IMG/VR virus record: IMGVR_UViG_3300020045_014472
Span: 1 to 33,874 of that record
Length of the DNA stretch: 33,874 nucleotides
Source: a virus
Lineage: Duplodnaviria > Caudoviricetes
Direction: 5' to 3' (one strand)
Both the position numbers and the translations under genes were made by a program. Below are positions 28,044-33,874 of this stretch, in pieces (position 1 is the first letter of the stretch; each line of letters begins with the position of its first letter). The notes below the pieces were generated by a model. That model did no database searches and had not been told where the DNA came from. It saw nothing but the letters and a program-made list of their open reading frames with translations.

Positions 28044-29813
28044 CTATTTTCTCCCTGATTCTTTATTCCCTTTTACTACTCCGTCTTTAACTGCTTCTCT
28101 AATTTCCCCTGTCAATTTTGAGTGAGTTCCGTCGGTAAGCCAAGTTATTGCTTTAGTCATGGTGTCTGCAACTTCCCCTAATCTAACTGCTGCTTGATTT
28201 AAAGATCCAACATATTTGTCTGCTTCTGATACAGCTTTCTTATTTAGAGCTTTATCTTCTTCTGAAGTTGGTTGAATTCCTTTTGGTTGTATAGTCATCT
28301 CTTTGCCAGCTATCTGTTTATATAGAGACATATTATTCAACTTAGAACCTCCAAGCATTGCGTTGAATTCAGAGCCTTTACCTCCAATACTCATGATTTG
28401 GTCAATTAGAATTTTCCTTAATTCTGGATTTTGCCCAATATTTTGAAATGCTTCAACCATCTCTGATGGACGTCCAGTAGGATTATATTTTTTATATGCT
28501 ATCTGCTGTTGATTCAACCAAAAAGGATTATCTGACAATTCTGACAGGGAATTCATCCCTTCATTTATTTTGTCCAGTTGTAACCCTCCAACTCCATAGC
28601 TTTTACCTACAGACATTATTGATTGTTGAACCCCTATAGCGTCTACTTTACCGGTTCTGTTTAAAATTTCATTTACGGCCTTAAGATAAGAATCCATCAA
28701 TTCAGGTAACCTAATTAGATTCTTGTCCTTAGCCATCGAATATTTTTCAAGATCACTAATCGTACCCATACCTGAACGATTAGTATATCTGCTTATAGTT
28801 AAAATTTGCTGAATCTGTTGATCTGAAAATCCTCTTGAAACTTGTGCCCCTATTAACCCCTGTGCACTATTTGTGCCTATACCGCCACCTAATGCTCTTA
28901 TCATCCCAGACATTTTATCAAGAACTTCTACCCCTGACATTCCTAATGAAGAACTCCTAGCACCAAATGCATATTGTTTTGCTTGAGATATGGGGGTTTG
29001 GGATGTTACAGCATATCCAGCTATACCTTTCTGGAATGATGCTGCCGATGATACGGCTGCTGCAATTGCTGCTGCTACGGCTGCTGCTACGGCTGCTGAT
29101 GCCCCAGCAACGGCCATTCCACCTTCTGCTGCTCCAGCTATTGTTCCGGCAATATCCCCTGATGCTACTGATCTTACCCCTCCAACTGCACCTCTCATCA
29201 ACCCCCCTCCACCAGCTCTTGAACGTCCTCCAGATAACCCTACGGTTCCACCTCCCCCTGAAGGTAAATCTATACCAAAAGTCTTCTGAAAAAATTTATG
29301 GATTTTTGTTTCAGGAGTTTCTTTAGGCTTACCCAATAAATCTGCAATCTCCTGTAATTCTTTTATTGATTTCTGATGATAGCTTTTATCACTGTTTAAT
29401 TCCCTCTTTTTTGTAAGTTCATCAATTCTTTCCTCAGCTAAATCAGCTCCTCTACGACCACCTTCTTTTCTTGTATCAGTATCAAATTTTTTCTTAGCTA
29501 AACCCTGTAACCCAGCTCCTTCTTCTGCCCTTCTTGCTTTCCATAATGCTAAATCCTTTTCAGCTAATTGAATTTCAATTTGACGGTTTGCTATCTTAGA
29601 TCTTGCTGCCCTGTCTTCTTCTGCGAACTGCTGTTTTACAAGGTTTATTTTAGCCTGAATATCTTTTAGCTCATCTTTATTTAAAGATTTACCCTCCTCG
29701 GATATTCTATTCAAATCCTTCTGAATCCCAACAAAATTATCTTTTAGCCTAGAAACATCTTGAATTCCTTTGCTTCCGTCGACCCCAATTCTTATTACTT
29801 TATCATCCGACAT
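28044..29813 (-). CDS. Tape measure protein (589 aa)
   Basis: Follows two chaperone-sized ORFs after the tube gene; coiled-coil N-terminus and Gly/Ala-rich segment. Confidence 0.7.
   Translation of the reverse strand: MSDDKVIRIGVDGSKGIQDVSRLKDNFVGIQKDLNRISEEGKSLNKDELKDIQAKINLVKQQFAEEDRAARSKIANRQIEIQLAEKDLALWKARRAEEGAGLQGLAKKKFDTDTRKEGGRRGADLAEERIDELTKKRELNSDKSYHQKSIKELQEIADLLGKPKETPETKIHKFFQKTFGIDLPSGGGGTVGLSGGRSRAGGGGLMRGAVGGVRSVASGDIAGTIAGAAEGGMAVAGASAAVAAAVAAAIAAAVSSAASFQKGIAGYAVTSQTPISQAKQYAFGARSSSLGMSGVEVLDKMSGMIRALGGGIGTNSAQGLIGAQVSRGFSDQQIQQILTISRYTNRSGMGTISDLEKYSMAKDKNLIRLPELMDSYLKAVNEILNRTGKVDAIGVQQSIMSVGKSYGVGGLQLDKINEGMNSLSELSDNPFWLNQQQIAYKKYNPTGRPSEMVEAFQNIGQNPELRKILIDQIMSIGGKGSEFNAMLGGSKLNNMSLYKQIAGKEMTIQPKGIQPTSEEDKALNKKAVSEADKYVGSLNQAAVRLGEVADTMTKAITWLTDGTHSKLTGEIREAVKDGVVKGNKESGRK
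29052..29099. repeat. Four imperfect 12-bp tandem repeats (tacggctgctgc)
   Basis: tacggctgctgc/aattgctgctgc/tacggctgctgc/tacggctgctga, encoding SAAVAAAVAAAIAAAV. Confidence 0.85.
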
Positions 29814-30096
29814 CGGTTAAGTCTTTAAATTCGTTACGCATAGATTCAATGGTTTCTTCAATAGAACCTTCTTCTTTAACTTTTAACCAATCACCAACAT
29901 TTGGAACATACTCTTCAGGATGTTCAAGTTCATAGAATAATTTGTCTTCTTCTAAATCGAACATCTGATCTAAAAAAGAAACTTCCCGATGACAGAGGCT
30001 GTTGAACGCAATATTATACTTTTTTCGCCAAGTCCTGTCTATCGGGAAGTTTATGTTCCATTCTATAACTTTATTTCTTACCTCATCTTTAGTCAC
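29803..30096 (-). CDS. Putative tail assembly chaperone, second ORF (T-like)
   Basis: Lies between the G-like ORF and the tape measure gene; GTG start in the -1 frame overlapping the upstream TAG. Confidence 0.6.
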   Translation of the reverse strand: MTKDEVRNKVIEWNINFPIDRTWRKKYNIAFNSLCHREVSFLDQMFDLEEDKLFYELEHPEEYVPNVGDWLKVKEEGSIEETIESMRNEFKDLTDVG

Positions 30097-30446
30097 TATT
30101 CTGATTTTTTCTGTGGTCTTAACATTTCAAGAATGCTGTTCCACCATGGAATAAAATCTGCGGAATAAACTGCTTTCAACTCCATGTAATCTTCAAGTCC
30201 TAATTCCCCGAAAGTTTTACACTTTAAATCTGAAATCAATTTTGGGGATAATACTGACAAGTATGATTCCATGTCCACCATGTCAAGAACCTCGTTTGCG
30301 GAAATAGTATTCATTCCGGTTAGTTCTTTGTACATCCCCTGTGACAATACTTGTTTCAGGGATTCGATTTGCTGAAATTGCCCAACGTTTGGGAAAGCAA
30401 TTTCATAGCTGTTACCTTTAATTCTTAGTACGATTAATTTTTCCAT
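30096..30446 (-). CDS. Putative tail assembly chaperone (G-like)
   Basis: 116 aa, immediately after the tube gene. Confidence 0.65.
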   Translation of the reverse strand: MEKLIVLRIKGNSYEIAFPNVGQFQQIESLKQVLSQGMYKELTGMNTISANEVLDMVDMESYLSVLSPKLISDLKCKTFGELGLEDYMELKAVYSADFIPWWNSILEMLRPQKKSE

Positions 30447-30451
30447 TTTTT

Positions 30452-30943
30452 TTATCTTGTTGGGTTAAAAGACACTGGAGTCAAATAAATTCCTGAAACA
30501 GTTGTTGCAGCTATTCCGGCTTCAGCTAAAGTCCAATTCTGGCTGTCAACAAAACAATCTCTAAGGATGGCAATCTCTTTTCCAGCATTATCAACCTCTG
30601 TAACCAATTTTGTCGCAGAGTTAAAGGATTTCACCTGTTTACTATAAATGTTTATAGAAATAGGTAAATCCCCCATAGAAAGGGTGTTTCTCAACTGTTC
30701 TGCCCCACCGTAACGGTTCAGTAACTTAATCATTACCGGCTGCATGAAATCCAAAAAGAACTGATCGAGGCTGAAGGTATTGGAAGCTGATACCGCTGGA
30801 GCTTCTTGTGCATACAAATTACCAAGACCACGAATTTCTTCACGTTGGATATTTTCAGTAAAGGAAATATTCCTGATGTATCCTGCTACTTGACCCTCAA
30901 TGGTAATATACGCTTTTGGTGCGGAAAATACATTTGTGCTCAT
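30452..30943 (-). CDS. Tail tube protein
   Basis: 163 aa directly after the sheath gene; G..RNISFTEN.....IRGLGNLY.QE resembles myovirus tube proteins. Confidence 0.85.
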   Translation of the reverse strand: MSTNVFSAPKAYITIEGQVAGYIRNISFTENIQREEIRGLGNLYAQEAPAVSASNTFSLDQFFLDFMQPVMIKLLNRYGGAEQLRNTLSMGDLPISINIYSKQVKSFNSATKLVTEVDNAGKEIAILRDCFVDSQNWTLAEAGIAATTVSGIYLTPVSFNPTR

Positions 30944-30946
30944 ATA

Positions 30947-32608
30947 TTATGATTTAAATAGAAATCCCGTATAGAAAATCTTGGTGACTTCATTGTTTAC
31001 TACAATACCATATGTTACGTTGTAATAATCTTCAGTCCTTGAAACTACAACATTCCGGAAGGATAGTAATAGGTCATCAGAATCGGCTTTAGCAACTCTT
31101 GATTGAAGATATGTTTCTGTCCAAGTTTTCAAAATTCCAGGACTCAGTGTGTTTACGTTCACCCCATTTTCATTGTTCAATAAATCTGTCTGAGAATTGA
31201 CAACCAATTCACGGTTGATCTGATTTACAATTCTTTCAAACTGGATTGAATATGATTTACCAAGGCTATTGAATAGGAACTTGTTATCCTGAAGACTGTT
31301 TACTCCCTGAAGAACTTTGAACCCACCACGTGCATTATCTTGGATCGTAACTACTACCCCATTATCCAATGCTCTTTCTTGTTCCTTTACCTTAATATTA
31401 TGGACGAGACCATCAATGCCAATCAGTTTATTTGTGATAGGAATCTGAGGCTGCAACCCGCATATACGCCCAAGTACTACAGCTGCATGATAAATTGCTG
31501 GCCATACCCTGAAACCTCCGGCAAGCTGCTGAGTTGTTTCTTTAACTCCACCATGTACCACAATGGCTTTATTGGAATTGTAATAAAGAGCGGCATCAAT
31601 TGATCCATCTGCTGCACTAAATTCTACTTCATCTTTACCGGCTCCGTATACTAAAGTTTTATTGAAATCAGTTCCTGCATCTTTAATGTGTGCAAAGATC
31701 ATACCAACTTCTGTAGAATCGAAATTACCTGATCCATATTTGTCACATAAAATGAATTGGAAATCAAGGTCTTTAATGGCTTCAAACACTGCAGACAATG
31801 CTGCTGTTGAATAAGTTTCCAACCCACCAGAGGCAAGCTGATAAGAACCAACGAGTGCTGTAATATCTGCCAACGTAACTTCTCCGGTTCCGACCTTAGT
31901 AGAAGTTGAATCAAGAATAAAATGGTTTCCAAAAGCCTGATCCGAAGTTGCCCAATCAATCAATGTTTGAATATTATTGAATTCAGGAGAAGCTACAGCC
32001 AAAATTGGAGTTGTGTCCGCTTTAACAACTTCATCGTATGAAAGGCCATCAGTGTGAATACCTTTCCAAGTTCCTTGCCAAATTTTGAAAATCCATTTAG
32101 TAGCATCAACGACTCCAGTTTCGATTGAATAGCCGAACCCTCTATCTAAATGGGTTGTAGACAAAACTCCATTCCCAATTACTCCCTCATCTTTACATTT
32201 TACCTTGAATGTTCCTCCGGCTGTGCCACCCCCTGTAGCGGTGAAGGTCATAGACGCTGGATCGGTAACTGCTGCTTTAACATGATAAACGGTAGAAACT
32301 CCGTTAACACCGGAATATGGAAAGAACATTTTTTCAGCTAATTTCCACATCAGGCCACCTTTCAAAAAGGCTTTGTATTCTTCAACATCCTGAAATTGGT
32401 AAACTGCATCTTTCCCATTACTTACTGGGGTTGCTGCAATAGAATTAATTCCTGCGCCACCACCATAAGTAGCTCCAAGTCCGGTATCGATTACCATCAC
32501 TTTACCGTAGTCAAGTCTTGCTGGTGTATTTTGTTCGCCGGAAGTTATTTTCGAATATGCTCCAGGAAGCTTCCTTAGCTTCCCATTGAAATAAACTTGT
32601 GATGCCAT
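30947..32608 (-). CDS. Contractile tail sheath protein
   Basis: N-terminal LPGAYSKI; C-terminal ITNK...ALDNGVV...FKVLQGVNSL...ERIVNQ. Confidence 0.9.
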   Translation of the reverse strand: MASQVYFNGKLRKLPGAYSKITSGEQNTPARLDYGKVMVIDTGLGATYGGGAGINSIAATPVSNGKDAVYQFQDVEEYKAFLKGGLMWKLAEKMFFPYSGVNGVSTVYHVKAAVTDPASMTFTATGGGTAGGTFKVKCKDEGVIGNGVLSTTHLDRGFGYSIETGVVDATKWIFKIWQGTWKGIHTDGLSYDEVVKADTTPILAVASPEFNNIQTLIDWATSDQAFGNHFILDSTSTKVGTGEVTLADITALVGSYQLASGGLETYSTAALSAVFEAIKDLDFQFILCDKYGSGNFDSTEVGMIFAHIKDAGTDFNKTLVYGAGKDEVEFSAADGSIDAALYYNSNKAIVVHGGVKETTQQLAGGFRVWPAIYHAAVVLGRICGLQPQIPITNKLIGIDGLVHNIKVKEQERALDNGVVVTIQDNARGGFKVLQGVNSLQDNKFLFNSLGKSYSIQFERIVNQINRELVVNSQTDLLNNENGVNVNTLSPGILKTWTETYLQSRVAKADSDDLLLSFRNVVVSRTEDYYNVTYGIVVNNEVTKIFYTGFLFKS

Positions 32609-32660
32609 CTATATAATTTTTATTTTGTGGCTCAGTAAAATTATTACGATTTAATGTGGT

Positions 32661-32679
32661 TAAAATTAATATATTTTTT
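32661..32679 (-). promoter_or_regulatory. Candidate late-promoter motif AAAAAATATATTAATTTTA
   Basis: Identical to 11040-11058; intergenic, upstream of the sheath gene. Confidence 0.5.
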
Positions 32680-32685
32680 CGGAAT

Positions 32686-32853
32686 TTAAAAATTTAACCC
32701 ATCTTTTTTAAATAATGATTTCCAAGCAACCTCTGACAAAATCTGATCGCCATACTTCCTTATGACATGAGACTTTACTGTCTGGTCAAACTGCATGACT
32801 AGGCAAATTTGATTTACATCAAATTCTTCTTTCTTTTCTATTTTCTTTTCCAT
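32686..32853 (-). CDS. Small hypothetical protein not in the ORF track (55 aa, MEKKIEKKEEFDVNQ...KKDGLNF)
   Basis: Translated by hand; TAATG overlap with the upstream stop; fills the gap before the sheath gene. Confidence 0.75.
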   Translation of the reverse strand: MEKKIEKKEEFDVNQICLVMQFDQTVKSHVIRKYGDQILSEVAWKSLFKKDGLNF

Positions 32854-33797
32854 TATGATAGTATATTTTGAGTGAATAAAATTCTTGTCAACATTTGATT
32901 TTCTGACAAATCTGGATACGTTTTATTGTACCCCATATTTAATGTAATAGCCTTTATGAATAAAGGATTTGGAATCAATTCATTATTAGCTATCAGTTCC
33001 TTGACCCCGAATTCAAATGTGTAGAATGGATTTGATAATGCTAAAGTATCTTGTGCTCCTATCAATGCAGCTAGTAGAACTTCTTCCATAATTATTACCT
33101 CATGGCGATTAACAGATGTTACCATTAATTCATATTGGCTTTGGAAACTTCTTCTCCTTGTTTCATTATAGCTGCCATCAACATTCTCATAAAGTTCATC
33201 GGACATATACCCAATACCATCTGTTTTACCTTTTCCTTTTGCCGGCTCACGGACATGAACTGTTGGTAGTGGGGCACGGTCTACATCGAACATCAATCTT
33301 GAATCTATTTTCCTGCTTTCTTCGTCTGTCCTTGTGAATATCTCAATAGCCAAAAGTTTGTAATCAATTTCATCGACTATGTCTTCAGTATCGAAACACC
33401 TTAACAAGAACGATTCTGAGGATTGGTCTTTTACCGCAGGGGATAAAAAATCAACACCTGCAACAGCTGCCTCAAATATCAAATGATTCGTTGAACTTGT
33501 CAATACTATACCTTGAGATAGGAACAGTGCCGCATATGCTGTTACAAAATTTATTGCAGACTGGGTAAGACTTGTAACAAATATTACAGGCAATTTTAGA
33601 CCTGTTGTATCAGTTACAGACAATTGACCAGACACCCCTGATATGGTCACTGTATCCTTCTTTTTCACCCCTGTAGCATTTTCTGTCGTATGGACCAAAA
33701 CCCCTTGTAATGCTATTTTTGAAAGATAGTCTTCTCTGATAAATGTTAACAGACCATCTACCAATTTCTTGATTTTCAATATGCCTACTTGTGCCAT
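32853..33797 (-). CDS. Putative tail completion/terminator protein
   Basis: Lies upstream of the sheath gene, with a LPTVHVREP motif. Start moved to ATG 33797, just after the upstream stop. Confidence 0.55.
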   Translation of the reverse strand: MAQVGILKIKKLVDGLLTFIREDYLSKIALQGVLVHTTENATGVKKKDTVTISGVSGQLSVTDTTGLKLPVIFVTSLTQSAINFVTAYAALFLSQGIVLTSSTNHLIFEAAVAGVDFLSPAVKDQSSESFLLRCFDTEDIVDEIDYKLLAIEIFTRTDEESRKIDSRLMFDVDRAPLPTVHVREPAKGKGKTDGIGYMSDELYENVDGSYNETRRRSFQSQYELMVTSVNRHEVIIMEEVLLAALIGAQDTLALSNPFYTFEFGVKELIANNELIPNPLFIKAITLNMGYNKTYPDLSENQMLTRILFTQNILS

Positions 33798-33801
33798 GTT
33801 A

Positions 33802-33873
33802 TTACCTGTTAGTGTCCAAAAATTCTTGTACTGATAAATCAACCACTTTCCCTATATCCAAATCATTCATTGC
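33802..33873 (-). CDS. 3' end of an upstream gene (partial, ...AMNDLDIGKVVDLSVQEFLDTNR*)
   Basis: Open frame from the window edge to TAA, 4 nt before the next ATG. Confidence 0.6.
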   Translation of the reverse strand, partial: AMNDLDIGKVVDLSVQEFLDTNR

Positions 33874-33874
33874 G

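Noticed and set aside
21195-32608. Tailocin or extracellular contractile injection system
   Set aside because: The co-oriented terminase, helicase and phage-style small genes indicate a genuine phage genome.
101-33337. All plus-strand ORFs in the track and the nested minus-strand ORFs 16218..16418 and 31699..31959
   Set aside because: They lie within longer motif-bearing minus-strand genes and have shadow-frame composition (e.g. the Pro/Ala-rich 28990..29289 mirrors Gly/Ala codons).
1-33874. Stop-codon reassignment, introns/inteins, tRNA or rRNA genes
   Set aside because: Standard-code ORFs tile the strand almost without gaps, terL is uninterrupted, and the intergenic spaces are too short and AT-rich for structured RNA genes.

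Overview
This is a gene-dense, AT-rich segment of a large tailed dsDNA phage with a contractile (myovirus-type) tail, and every credible gene is on the minus strand. Read in transcription order (right to left), the tail module runs: tail-completion-like protein, sheath, tube, two tail assembly chaperones, a short tape measure protein, a baseplate hub with inserted peptidoglycan-related domains, spike-like and wedge proteins, baseplate J-like protein, and fibre-like proteins. After an intrinsic terminator and a host-type promoter come small hypothetical genes, an HNH-type nuclease, a DEDDh exonuclease, the terminase large subunit and a DnaB-like helicase. The helicase is cut off by an exact 121-bp duplication at the window edge, probably an assembly artefact. 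TAnnTTTG promoter elements, the lack of obvious Shine-Dalgarno sites and A|Q signal peptides point to a Bacteroidota host (inference). The most unusual feature is an ~8-kb two-gene cassette inside the baseplate/fibre module in which both proteins have 18-residue Sec-type signal peptides cleaving at A|QD. One is a 1998-aa tail-fibre-like mosaic containing a tandemly duplicated conserved-block/variable-insert unit. The other is an FN3-repeat protein ending in a C-type-lectin-fold (DUF1566/DGR-target-like) domain. All product calls come from motifs recognised by eye plus synteny; no database searches were run.
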